Shown here piece after piece: positions 16,612 to 26,255 of a stretch of DNA of 38,712 bases. The position numbers and the translations under genes were made by a program. Below the pieces are notes generated by a model. That model had not been told where the DNA came from. It searched no databases and saw nothing but the letters and a program-made list of their open reading frames with translations. Every line of letters starts with the position of its first letter. Positions within the stretch are counted from its first letter, which is position 1. The stretch lies in the IMG/VR virus record IMGVR_UViG_3300028398_000011, positions 1 through 38,712 of that record. The stretch is one strand, 5' to 3'. The stretch is from a virus. Lineage: Duplodnaviria > Caudoviricetes.

Positions 16612-18253
16612 TTTCGACATAGTCCCTGAAACGGAAGAGGATATATCCTATAGAAACAAACTAACTAAGGAGTATGATAAATACCTAAAATCTTTAAATA
16701 AGAAACAGAGGAAGTTTATTAAGAAGAAACTATCCAATATATACTGGAGGCTTAATAATCTGTATCATATTAGAGATAAAGACTCAAGATTAACTATATT
16801 AAGGTTTAATAAGGCACAAGAGATAGTTCACTCAGTTAAACATAATAGGGTTGTAATCTTAAAATCTAGGCAACAGGGTATATCTACTTATTATGTTGCT
16901 AGGAGTATGGATAAGTGTATATTTCAGGCAGGTATTAGTGCAGGGATACAGTCTTATGGATTAGATGAGTCTAATAAACTCAAGATGAGGGCTGTTTTAA
17001 TGTTTACTGAGATGGATGAAGACTTAAAAGCATTGCTCAATATATCTATTATAGCTAATAACCAGAAAGGTATCTTATTCTCTAACGGATCTATATTAAA
17101 GATAGGAAACTTTAGGGGAGATACAATCCAATTACTCCATGTATCTGAGTTGGCTAAAATAGCCTTGATGAATCCTACAAGGGCTGATGAGATTAAAACT
17201 GGTGCATTTCAAGCTATATCTACTAATAGTTATATATCTGTTGAATCCACAGCAGAGATGCCCTCTGGTATGTTTTTTGAGATGTGGAACAGTGCTGAGA
17301 GGAAGCTCAAGTCGGGTAAGAATTTCTCTCCACTTGACTTTTATCCTATATTCCTTAGTTGGGTTGATGACCCTGACTGTTCACTGGACTTTGAGCTTGA
17401 TGTATCTGATGAGGCTTATGAGTATGCAGATATGCTTAAAAAAGAGTATAATATAACTCTAACTCTCCCACAACTTAGATGGCTTACTCCTAAATTAGAT
17501 GAATTAGGAGAGGACTTTAATAAGGAGTATCCAGCTACACCTGAGATGGCTTTTAAGCAGAGTGTAGAGGGAACATACCTATTAAAACAGTATAAGAAGC
17601 TTGTTAAAGAGCATAGAATAGGTAAATATAAGTTTATGAGGGACTATCCTGTTTATGTATCTTTTGATTTAGGTATAAATGATGAGATGGTTATGCTATT
17701 TACTCAGATTGTAGAGGGTAAGACTAGGCTTATAAATGAGTATCATAATACAGGAGAGGGGTTCCAGCACTATATAAATGTATTATTTATGCTAAAAGAT
17801 AAGTATGGTTATAATTATAGTAAGATATTTATGCCTCACGATATGAATGTTAGAGAGCTTAGCTCAGGGCTTAGTAGGTTACAACTAGCTAGGAAGATGG
17901 GGCTAAGTAATATAGTTGTGCTAGCTAAGATGAAGTTTAAGGACTCTATATCAGCAGTTAGATTATTTGTAGATACATTATATATTGACGAGAGCTGTAA
18001 GATGACATTAGACTCTATACAATTATATAGAAAGAAGTATGATAAGGCTGTAGGAGTATATCTTGATGAGGATGTTCATAATATATACTCCAACTATATT
18101 GCATCGTTGAGGTATATGGCACAAGGATTAGGGTATAAGAAAATAGCTCATTCAACTAGGGCAACAGCATCTATAAATGAGCGTTCAAGGGCAAAGAGAA
18201 CTAAGAATAGGAGAATTTATCGTAAAAAGAAATCATCTTACACTGTTGTTTAA
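16598..18253 (+). CDS. terL: terminase large subunit
   Basis: FNKAQ, Walker A ILKSRQQGIST, Walker B LHVSE, VESTA coupling motif, nuclease SFDLGIND and MPHD. Confidence 0.93.
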   Translation: MQKNSFDIVPETEEDISYRNKLTKEYDKYLKSLNKKQRKFIKKKLSNIYWRLNNLYHIRDKDSRLTILRFNKAQEIVHSVKHNRVVILKSRQQGISTYYVARSMDKCIFQAGISAGIQSYGLDESNKLKMRAVLMFTEMDEDLKALLNISIIANNQKGILFSNGSILKIGNFRGDTIQLLHVSELAKIALMNPTRADEIKTGAFQAISTNSYISVESTAEMPSGMFFEMWNSAERKLKSGKNFSPLDFYPIFLSWVDDPDCSLDFELDVSDEAYEYADMLKKEYNITLTLPQLRWLTPKLDELGEDFNKEYPATPEMAFKQSVEGTYLLKQYKKLVKEHRIGKYKFMRDYPVYVSFDLGINDEMVMLFTQIVEGKTRLINEYHNTGEGFQHYINVLFMLKDKYGYNYSKIFMPHDMNVRELSSGLSRLQLARKMGLSNIVVLAKMKFKDSISAVRLFVDTLYIDESCKMTLDSIQLYRKKYDKAVGVYLDEDVHNIYSNYIASLRYMAQGLGYKKIAHSTRATASINERSRAKRTKNRRIYRKKKSSYTVV

Positions 18254-18290
18254 GCTTGGTTTAAGTATAATTTGTAAAAAAGGATTAAAA

Positions 18291-18998
18291 ATGGGAACTC
18301 AATCGAATGATAATTCCTTAGAGACTAAAGTAACAGAGATATTAAGTAAGGTTGTTACAGAAGATGGCAAGTTAGACTTCTCAAAATTAGATAGTGATAT
18401 ATCTGATGAGATGAAATTAGCTGTAACTAACGCTAAGAGATATAGGGATACTCAGTCTAGTTTTACAAAAACTAGACAAGAGCTTAAAAAATTAGAGGCA
18501 GAGAAAACGACTCTTGAGAATATGGTAAAAGATAAACTCATTAGCTTACCTGACGAGGTTAAAGAAGAGTTAGACTATTTAAAGCAATTTGATCCTGATA
18601 GTTATATTGAGAAATTACAGAATTATAAAGAAGAGTATCAAAGGGAGGCGTCAGAGACGCTTCAAAGAACTCTTGAAGAGGCATCAAAAAAAGCTATAAA
18701 TGAATTTACCAAAGAGCAAAGAGAGTCATTGCTAAATATGTATAATAAGAGTAATCCTGACTATCCTATAACGGAAGAGCAGTTAAGAAGAGAAGTCCCA
18801 GTTAGCTTAATAGAGCAAATGGACAATGGTAGTATTACTTTTGATGAAGTCATAGAAAAAGCTAGAAAGTTTATTTATGGTAATGTTCAAGTCAGTAATC
18901 CTACAGTAACTGAACAACCATCTTTAGGGGCAGTAGGAGCATCAGGTGGAGCAGGTAAAACAGCTCCTAGTAAAAGTAATGAAGATTTTATATGGTAA
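18291..18998 (+). CDS. putative capsid scaffolding protein
   Basis: Coiled-coil acidic protein directly before the MCP; start MGTQS after AAGGA and a TTTAAG-TATAAT promoter (18260-18271). Confidence 0.65.
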   Translation: MGTQSNDNSLETKVTEILSKVVTEDGKLDFSKLDSDISDEMKLAVTNAKRYRDTQSSFTKTRQELKKLEAEKTTLENMVKDKLISLPDEVKEELDYLKQFDPDSYIEKLQNYKEEYQREASETLQRTLEEASKKAINEFTKEQRESLLNMYNKSNPDYPITEEQLRREVPVSLIEQMDNGSITFDEVIEKARKFIYGNVQVSNPTVTEQPSLGAVGASGGAGKTAPSKSNEDFIW

Positions 18999-19015
18999 AT
19001 AAATAGGAGATAATT

Positions 19016-20176
19016 ATGGCTATTCCATACAATAGTGATTTGAGCAGAGAGCAGTGGGTTAAGGAGAATTTGTTAAGTGAAGCACATAGACAGTTCTGGT
19101 TACCTTATACAAGTAATAAGCACACATCAGTTGTGTATAATAAGATGGATTTAACTTGTGGATCAGGACACACGATTACATTTGATTACAGTGGTAAACT
19201 AACAGGTAAGATGTATCGTGGGCAAAAATATGATGATGCAAACAAAGAAATTAAAAGAAAGTTCAGCGATAAGATTGTTATCGATGAATTTTCTCTATAT
19301 GTAGATAATGAGAGCAAGTTTAAAGGTTGTGATATTGATGATTTATCACTTACACAACATATGGACAGTATAGATGGGTTAAGAGATTTATTCTATAGAC
19401 ATAAAGATCAAGCCTTATTTGATACAGCACAAGGTATATTTGAGGCACCTACACATATATTTAATATGCAAACATTAGATTATAATTCAATTCTGGATTT
19501 AGTAAGTGCGGCTAAAAAAGGAACAGGCTTAGTTAAACCTTTGGCTAATGGTGCAGTTAGTAATGCTAAAGCTAAGAAGAGAATCCCATTAGAGAGAGCA
19601 GATGCTACAAGTGCAGGAACAGGATATTTTTGGTTAATTAATGAAGATATAGCTACTAAAATGAAAAAACTCCCTGAGTATAGAGATATGCTAATTAATG
19701 GAGATGTTAGAGGTGTCTCAAATAAGATATTCACAGGTGCATTAGCTAAGATAAATGGATTACTAATTGTAGAAGCTCCAGTATTCTTTGGTTATACTCC
19801 TGATGGAGAGTTCGATATTGGAGATACTGAGATACAATATTCTGGACTTAGAAACTATGCTACAAAAGGAACTGTTATAGCTTGGGAGGGACAACCTAAA
19901 TTTGATGAGTTATTAGCAGAGAAAGAGGGTGGTAATGCAGAGGTAAAAGTATATGCTAGAACATTGTTATTAGGTTCAGGAGCATTACAAGTAGCTTGGG
20001 GTATGATGCCTAATTATGTAGTTGAGTGGTCAGATTATAAGAAGACATCTGGTTCTATGCTAGAGTTCTGGGCTATGTGGAAGAAGACTAAGCTAAAGCA
20101 AGAGATGGGTAAAGGTTATACGGCTAAAGTAGATGGCGTAGATTTTGGTGTAATTCCAGTAGATATTGAGTTATAA
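19016..20176 (+). CDS. major capsid protein (N4 gp56/DUF4043-like)
   Basis: 386 aa; DL..GSGHTITF, ..GLRD, IFTGALAKINGLLIVE, RTLLLGSGAL..AWG, KKTK, DFGVIPVD C-terminus typical of this MCP family. Confidence 0.85.
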   Translation: MAIPYNSDLSREQWVKENLLSEAHRQFWLPYTSNKHTSVVYNKMDLTCGSGHTITFDYSGKLTGKMYRGQKYDDANKEIKRKFSDKIVIDEFSLYVDNESKFKGCDIDDLSLTQHMDSIDGLRDLFYRHKDQALFDTAQGIFEAPTHIFNMQTLDYNSILDLVSAAKKGTGLVKPLANGAVSNAKAKKRIPLERADATSAGTGYFWLINEDIATKMKKLPEYRDMLINGDVRGVSNKIFTGALAKINGLLIVEAPVFFGYTPDGEFDIGDTEIQYSGLRNYATKGTVIAWEGQPKFDELLAEKEGGNAEVKVYARTLLLGSGALQVAWGMMPNYVVEWSDYKKTSGSMLEFWAMWKKTKLKQEMGKGYTAKVDGVDFGVIPVDIEL

Positions 20177-20187
20177 GGAGTATAACA

Positions 20188-20589
20188 ATGGCAAAAATAG
20201 ATTTACAAAATTATTATAAAAATTCATTTCTCAGAAGACCTTATATAGTTGGAGGGGAAATTGATTATACAGAGAAAGAATATGCAGAGGGAGATAAGAT
20301 TGCATTATTTACACTACCTAAGAATGTTATTATATTAAGAACAATAGCATATTGCATAGGTGGAGATGCAGATGGAGCGGCAGTTCTTAAAGATGAAGCA
20401 GGACAGTTTGAAGCTGTAGCAAGTTCTAATCCTGAGGTAACAAATGTAAACAAACTAACTACTGAGTCAAGCGTTGCGTATGCTGAGCTAGATTCAGTGC
20501 CTAATGGAGGGAAGTCATTTTTCTTAGTAGAGTATGTAGATCAGGAAGTTACTACAGGTGGTAGAACAGCAGTTAAAGAGTTTAAGTAA
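20188..20589 (+). CDS. putative capsid decoration/minor capsid protein
   Basis: GD.I.LF.LP.N.II beta-rich protein right after the MCP. Confidence 0.55.
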   Translation: MAKIDLQNYYKNSFLRRPYIVGGEIDYTEKEYAEGDKIALFTLPKNVIILRTIAYCIGGDADGAAVLKDEAGQFEAVASSNPEVTNVNKLTTESSVAYAELDSVPNGGKSFFLVEYVDQEVTTGGRTAVKEFK

Positions 20590-21395
20590 TGAAAAATAGT
20601 GTAGAGGACTTAGTAAGTGGTATAAGGGATACTCTACACGACCCTTATGCAGATAGATATACAGATGAGTCAATACAACGATTACTCAAATTAGGACTTA
20701 GAGAGTTATCTGATACTAAATACTTTAGAAAAAGAAATACTATGCCTCTTGACATAGATATTAATGGTTATGTGCCTTTACCTGACGACTTTATATATGG
20801 ATATAAGGCTTTTTATAATGGGTGTCCTATACCATTTACTTATGATAAAGGAGGACATTGTATTGATTCTTGCTGGGAATGTAAAGTAGGTAAACCAGAA
20901 GCTTTATATATGTATTATGGGGAGATAGATAAGGCAAGGATATATCCAATACCTGATGATAAGTATAAAGTAGAGAAGCTTGAGACAGGGGATTATGGAC
21001 TTTTATTAATTGATAATCCAACAGAAAGTGACTTTAATTGTAAGGCAATTGAGCAATTAGATACAGATGATAAGACAAAAGGTATTATAGATGATAACCA
21101 GAATAGTAATTATGGTATAGGTAATATTATAGAGCTAGATAAGGGTTTATCTATATATTATGCTTATGTCCCTACTATTGAAGAGGCTATTAATATAGAT
21201 ACTAATGTAGTAACAGCACTTACATATTATGTAACAGCACATTTATTATTGCAGGATAAAGAGTCGGTTAGTAGGTCTCTAGGTAATTCTAACCTACAAC
21301 TTTATGAGAGATTAAAGAATAAGATGGCTAGGAAACGAAGAGAGAACTTTTCTACTAGCTATTACGATATAACAGGTTATAAGAGGGGTAGATAG
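20589..21395 (+). CDS. putative head-tail adaptor
   Basis: IRDTLHD...RYTDE.I...L N-terminus, RIYPIP, ALTYYV..H.L..D C-terminus as in podovirus adaptors. Confidence 0.65.
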   Translation: MKNSVEDLVSGIRDTLHDPYADRYTDESIQRLLKLGLRELSDTKYFRKRNTMPLDIDINGYVPLPDDFIYGYKAFYNGCPIPFTYDKGGHCIDSCWECKVGKPEALYMYYGEIDKARIYPIPDDKYKVEKLETGDYGLLLIDNPTESDFNCKAIEQLDTDDKTKGIIDDNQNSNYGIGNIIELDKGLSIYYAYVPTIEEAINIDTNVVTALTYYVTAHLLLQDKESVSRSLGNSNLQLYERLKNKMARKRRENFSTSYYDITGYKRGR

Positions 21396-21748
21396 TGATA
21401 ACGGATATAATAGCAAAAGGGAAATCTTATTATGATATAATAAGCTTATTTATTGGGACTGTAATACAGTTTGTTATTGGAGTAGGGGATGCTAAGAATA
21501 GAATAAAGTTTACTTTATTTGTTATTATCTCTAGTTTAATTGTAGCTATATATATTATAACTCCTATTATTACATACTTTAATATTAAGAATGTTGAAGT
21601 AATGGGATCGCTTTATGTATTTAGCTCGGTGGTATCAGTTCAAATATTTAGTGCATTACTTACTATTTTGCCTGATGTTATAACTGATAAAATCTTATTT
21701 TTTATAGGGGTGGATAAAAATGATTATACAAAAGAAAAAACTAATTAG
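21395..21748 (+). CDS. putative holin (3 TM)
   Basis: Three hydrophobic helices, charged C-terminus, adjacent to spanins and amidase. Confidence 0.65.
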   Translation: MITDIIAKGKSYYDIISLFIGTVIQFVIGVGDAKNRIKFTLFVIISSLIVAIYIITPIITYFNIKNVEVMGSLYVFSSVVSVQIFSALLTILPDVITDKILFFIGVDKNDYTKEKTN

Positions 21749-21812
21749 GTCGTGGATATGTGCTCTTTTAGCCGTTGTCGCTTTAAATATATTTTTAAGG
21801 TTGTTAATGTGA
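21720..21812 (+). CDS. 30-aa single-TM peptide in the lysis cassette
   Basis: GGA RBS; MIIQKKKLIRSWICALLAVVALNIFLRLLM*; its TGA overlaps the GTG of the next gene (GTGA). Confidence 0.5.
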   Translation: MIIQKKKLIRSWICALLAVVALNIFLRLLM

Positions 21813-22069
21813 TTAAATATATAATTCCTTTAGTTGTGCTTATATTGGGCATAGGTTACTGTAAAATTGAGATTTATAAGCTTGAGTCAGAGATAAAGAC
21901 ATTAAAGTCTGTATTAAAGAGTAGAGATAATAAGATTGCAGAGTTACAAGTAGAGAAAAGTAACTTAATACAAGATAAGATTATAAAAGAAGAATTAGAA
22001 AAAAGGTTGAATTATGAAGATATTTTTAAAGATGTTAATGTATCTAATGGCTACTCTATTTATTTTTAG
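21809..22069 (+). CDS. putative inner-membrane spanin (Rz-like)
   Basis: N-terminal TM then coiled coil; GTG 21809 with AAGG RBS preferred over 21752. Confidence 0.6.
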   Translation: MIKYIIPLVVLILGIGYCKIEIYKLESEIKTLKSVLKSRDNKIAELQVEKSNLIQDKIIKEELEKRLNYEDIFKDVNVSNGYSIYF

Positions 22070-22307
22070 TGGGTGTTCTCCTAAACAACCAGATAAAATT
22101 GTTATAAATAGGAAAGTTCCTAGACTACCTATTTTTAAGCCTCCAGATAAAAGAGTAAATCTGGATGTTAAGGTATTAGGTAGAAAAGCAATAGTAGATA
22201 AATATAAACTTTTATTACTACTTAAAAACTGCGATATATATAAAAGAAATACAATTAGCTATGAGAGTATAAACAGGAAAATAAATAAGGTAAATGGTTA
22301 TGAATAA
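22014..22307 (+). CDS. putative outer-membrane lipoprotein spanin (Rz1-like)
   Basis: Signal peptide with lipobox IFSG-C, Pro-rich mature part, overlaps the i-spanin gene. Confidence 0.65.
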   Translation: MKIFLKMLMYLMATLFIFSGCSPKQPDKIVINRKVPRLPIFKPPDKRVNLDVKVLGRKAIVDKYKLLLLLKNCDIYKRNTISYESINRKINKVNGYE

Positions 22308-22875
22308 GATAGCATTAGTAGTTGGACATAATAAGTTATCTAAGGGTGCAGTTGGAGATAAGGGTATAAGTGAATATGACTTTAATACTTTATTAGTAAA
22401 TGATATAATAAAGATACTAGAACCTACACCTATAAAGGATTATGTTAAAATATTCTTTAGACCAAATAAGCATATCTCATATACACATCTTATGTCTGAG
22501 TTGCATAATGAGATTGATAATTGGGGAGCAGATATAGCATTATCGTTTCATTTTAATGCTTCTAGTAATAAAAACATAGACGGACACGAGGTATTATATA
22601 GCAAGTATCAACCTAAAGCTAAGAGATTAGCAACTATGTTAAATGATGAGTTTAATACATTATTAAATAATGTGGATAGAGGAGTAAAGGCTGTAGGTTC
22701 TAATGGGAGAGGTAACTCATTTCTTAGGAAAGGTAAAAGCTTGAATATTCTAGCAGAGCCTTTTTTTGCTTCACATCAGAGTATGTATATTACAGAAGAA
22801 CAGGAATATCAGAACTTAATGGGTGCATATCTTGCTTTTATATTAAAAGCCATATTTAAAGAGGATATAATATGA
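22300..22875 (+). CDS. endolysin, N-acetylmuramoyl-L-alanine amidase (Amidase_3)
   Basis: IALVVGH...SEY...SFHFNA...GHEVLY...DRGVK...ILAEPFF. Confidence 0.92.
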   Translation: MNKIALVVGHNKLSKGAVGDKGISEYDFNTLLVNDIIKILEPTPIKDYVKIFFRPNKHISYTHLMSELHNEIDNWGADIALSFHFNASSNKNIDGHEVLYSKYQPKAKRLATMLNDEFNTLLNNVDRGVKAVGSNGRGNSFLRKGKSLNILAEPFFASHQSMYITEEQEYQNLMGAYLAFILKAIFKEDII

Positions 22876-23447
22876 AATTAACTAGAGTATTGGGAGGATT
22901 ACAAGACTTACTTGTTAAAGGTTTTAAGAACCCATTCGATGGTAAGAAGACAGTAACAGTTGATAGAGGAGGTAAGTCAATTGAATTGAATTACTTAAAC
23001 ATAGATACACTACCAGCAGAGAAATCCTTAGGGGAGGATGGTTATGTATCCATTAGGGATTATATAGATAATTGTTGTAATAAGAGTGTATCTTCTGGAG
23101 TATCAACAGATACATTAGTTGTAAATCTAAATGATAAAAACTTATCTGGTATAACAGATTATTCTCTTGTAAAAGTATCAGATAAGCATTATCAATTATA
23201 TGGGAATAACTCAGTATTAGCAGATATAAATACTATAGATAATATAAAAAAAGTTGTTGGTGCAGGATTTAATGGTGTTGTATATAAGGGAAGCTATACT
23301 ATTACTGGAGATATGAATTGGACATTTAGAGAGACAGTGAATATAGATGAGTTAAACGCTTCATATAATAAAATTATGTATATAGAGATAGAGTATGGCG
23401 AGAGTGAAGATGGAGGAGAGACTCCACCTCCACCAATAGAAGCATAA
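22872..23447 (+). CDS. putative tail/fibre-associated protein
   Basis: Beta-rich, immediately before the fibre gene; GAGG RBS. Confidence 0.5.
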   Translation: MKLTRVLGGLQDLLVKGFKNPFDGKKTVTVDRGGKSIELNYLNIDTLPAEKSLGEDGYVSIRDYIDNCCNKSVSSGVSTDTLVVNLNDKNLSGITDYSLVKVSDKHYQLYGNNSVLADINTIDNIKKVVGAGFNGVVYKGSYTITGDMNWTFRETVNIDELNASYNKIMYIEIEYGESEDGGETPPPPIEA

Positions 23448-23462
23448 AAGTAAGGAGATAAT

Positions 23463-26249
23463 ATGGCAATACTAGATACAGAAGCAGAGGGAAGAGAAGT
23501 AACTAAAAAGATAGATCAGAGCCAGATATCTGGAGATGGTGTGTATGTATGGAGAGCTGTTTCAGGTATATATGGGTTAAGCATAGGACATAAGCCTTTT
23601 TGTATTTACAATGGTAAAATATATAGAGCAAAAGTTGATATTGTTACAGATATTACACCACCTGATAGTAGCACAGAGTTTGAGGAATATACTCCTACAG
23701 GTGTAGGAATTATAACAGGCTCTACAATTAAAGGAGATGGAACAACTGATAACCCATTAGAAGCAAATTTAGATACTAGTGATAATAACCTAATTGTAAT
23801 AACAAGCAATGGAACTCTACTTGTAGGTAAGGATGCAGTGTCCTTAGTTGTAAACGGCGAACTAAAAAATATGGAGTTTGTTAAAAATGTGGCTAATATT
23901 AGAAGTCATAGAATAGCTACAGTAAAATTGAATGATATTGATGATACAAAATTCTACCTATATGAAACGGTTACAAAGTTAGAACTTGATGGAAATGAGC
24001 TAGTTTTTACAGATGAAAAAGTAAATGAGACTAGGATAGACTTATCTACTCTATCTGGTTCTGGAGGTGCCTCAACATTTAAAGCTTTATCTGATACACC
24101 ATCTAATTATATAGGTAATACAGGTAAGATGCTTGTTGTTAATACAAATGAAGATGGTTTAGAGTTTACAGATACACCAGCCCCTGCACAAACAATATCT
24201 TCTTTTACTGAATTAGATGATACACCTGCATCATTAACTGGCAATGAGGGTAAGATGTTAGTTGTTAATGATACTGGTGATGCTTTAGAGCTTACAGATG
24301 CTCCAACTGGTGGAGGTGGAAGTGGAGCATCTACATTTGTTGAATTAACTGATACACCAGATGACATTAGCACTGATGGGAAGATGTTATTGACAAACGG
24401 TAATAAGTTAGTGTTATCCGACCTACCTGAGGATTGTGGGATTGTTATAAATGAATTTACAAAGATATCTGTAACAAATGGGAATACTATTACCATCAAT
24501 GATGTTCAACAATTTATAAGTCAAGCCATAGATAAAACTCCTGTGCAAAGAACATATGGATATGCATCTATAAAGTGTATAGACCCACAATATGAAATAT
24601 TCCCTATAAATAAAGGTATGCTAGAGTATGTAAAAACTGCAACTGCTGGAAACAGGGAATTTTTTGAAGTAAATGGAATGAAAGAGAATCTTGAAACTAT
24701 TGAAAATGATGGGGTATATGACTTTGACAGAAACTTACTTCATAGTTTTAAAGATATTGATGATAATAATATAAACATTAGATCGGTAATACATAATGGA
24801 TATAAAAGAATTATTGATGATAATAGAAAAATATATAATTTAAATGTAGATGGGAAATATGAAGATACAGGGGCTACTATAGGTAGTATGTATAATTATG
24901 AGATTGCTACTTGTGGTAAATATATAACTGGGTTAATAAGTAATAACACATATAGAATAAATGAATTTACTGATACAAGTGCAAATAACCCTCTAGTGTC
25001 AGATATTACTCTAAGTAATATTACTAGTGGTTATTCAAATATGTTTAAGAATAGAAATATAGTTGATGATATAGTAGTTGCAAACTATGATTACTCTACA
25101 AAAACATTAAAAATTATAAATGCAAAAATAGATTTAATAAATCATACGGAACTATCAAGCACTATTCTATTTGAGGGCGTAATTGATGAGGGCTTGTATT
25201 ATCATAAGACAAGAGCTGGTATGTCATATGATAGGAGTATTTTCGCATTTATAAGCAATAACAATGATAAGTTAATATTGATTGTTAAAGACTCTAACAA
25301 TTCATTTAGAGTTGTTAGAACAGATTTAACACTATATGTAAATACTGGCATTAGTATAAGTAATGATAATTACCTTATTGCACCTTATGGTTCAGATATT
25401 AAATATTATAAACTAAACCTAGCTCCATCTTTATTCTGTTTAGAGCCAAGAAATGAAGTGTTGGTTACAACATATGATAAAACAGCAGATAATACTGTTT
25501 TAATAACAGCTACAAAATATGCACTACTAAAAGCAGATGGTATATATATCTGGGATATAACGGCTAATACAGAAACTAAGATAGTAAATCGTTCTGATAT
25601 AAAATATCTAAGAGCTTGTGCAACACATATTATATATAATTATGGGGCAGATGGTAATAGCTGGGAAATAGTTGATTTAGATGGAACAGTTGCTAAGAGT
25701 GGAAGTTGTTCGATTGGTAAAGTAAACATAGATATAGTTCAAACAGCTAGTGGATACAATTATGCAATAAGAGAGTTTGTTGATGGAGATGCTAATCCAT
25801 ATAAATATAGAATAAAAGACCAAGATGACAATATTATACTTGATAGATTTTCTACTGATAAGTTTTCTATTGTTATAAAAGACTATGCTAAACTTGTTAT
25901 TGAACGAGCAGTGGTAGATGCAGGTAATGGAACAACATTCCATATAGGATTGCTTGAGAATGATGGAACTACTAATATTACTACAGGAACAGTGTATTAT
26001 GGTGGAGTTGAATACTCTAGCTACAATATTAGTATTGTAAAAAACAATTTGATATTTAATGTTGAAGATGCAAATGGTGCAGTATCTATAATTATACTTT
26101 GTATAGAAAAGCTTGATAATATAATTAAGTGTGGGCTGTTTGCAAATAGAAAGGGCTGTAGTAATTTATATGATACAAGTTTAAACAATATCGTATCTAT
26201 GGACACAACTAACGCAGATAAAATAGTAGTATTAGACTATGATAGGTAA
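23463..26249 (+). CDS. tail fibre / receptor-binding protein
   Basis: GDGTTDNPL motif, three STF..L.DTP...GKML repeats, Gly linkers, large beta-rich C-terminal region. Confidence 0.75.
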   Translation: MAILDTEAEGREVTKKIDQSQISGDGVYVWRAVSGIYGLSIGHKPFCIYNGKIYRAKVDIVTDITPPDSSTEFEEYTPTGVGIITGSTIKGDGTTDNPLEANLDTSDNNLIVITSNGTLLVGKDAVSLVVNGELKNMEFVKNVANIRSHRIATVKLNDIDDTKFYLYETVTKLELDGNELVFTDEKVNETRIDLSTLSGSGGASTFKALSDTPSNYIGNTGKMLVVNTNEDGLEFTDTPAPAQTISSFTELDDTPASLTGNEGKMLVVNDTGDALELTDAPTGGGGSGASTFVELTDTPDDISTDGKMLLTNGNKLVLSDLPEDCGIVINEFTKISVTNGNTITINDVQQFISQAIDKTPVQRTYGYASIKCIDPQYEIFPINKGMLEYVKTATAGNREFFEVNGMKENLETIENDGVYDFDRNLLHSFKDIDDNNINIRSVIHNGYKRIIDDNRKIYNLNVDGKYEDTGATIGSMYNYEIATCGKYITGLISNNTYRINEFTDTSANNPLVSDITLSNITSGYSNMFKNRNIVDDIVVANYDYSTKTLKIINAKIDLINHTELSSTILFEGVIDEGLYYHKTRAGMSYDRSIFAFISNNNDKLILIVKDSNNSFRVVRTDLTLYVNTGISISNDNYLIAPYGSDIKYYKLNLAPSLFCLEPRNEVLVTTYDKTADNTVLITATKYALLKADGIYIWDITANTETKIVNRSDIKYLRACATHIIYNYGADGNSWEIVDLDGTVAKSGSCSIGKVNIDIVQTASGYNYAIREFVDGDANPYKYRIKDQDDNIILDRFSTDKFSIVIKDYAKLVIERAVVDAGNGTTFHIGLLENDGTTNITTGTVYYGGVEYSSYNISIVKNNLIFNVEDANGAVSIIILCIEKLDNIIKCGLFANRKGCSNLYDTSLNNIVSMDTTNADKIVVLDYDR

Positions 26250-26255
26250 TTAATT

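Noticed and set aside
18177-18290. N-terminal extension of the scaffold ORF
   Set aside because: Overlaps the terL end and a promoter-like sequence; the RBS supports ATG 18291.
23463-26249. Diversity-generating retroelement or invertase-switched tail fibre
   Set aside because: No reverse transcriptase, recombinase or TR/VR duplicate noticed in the window.
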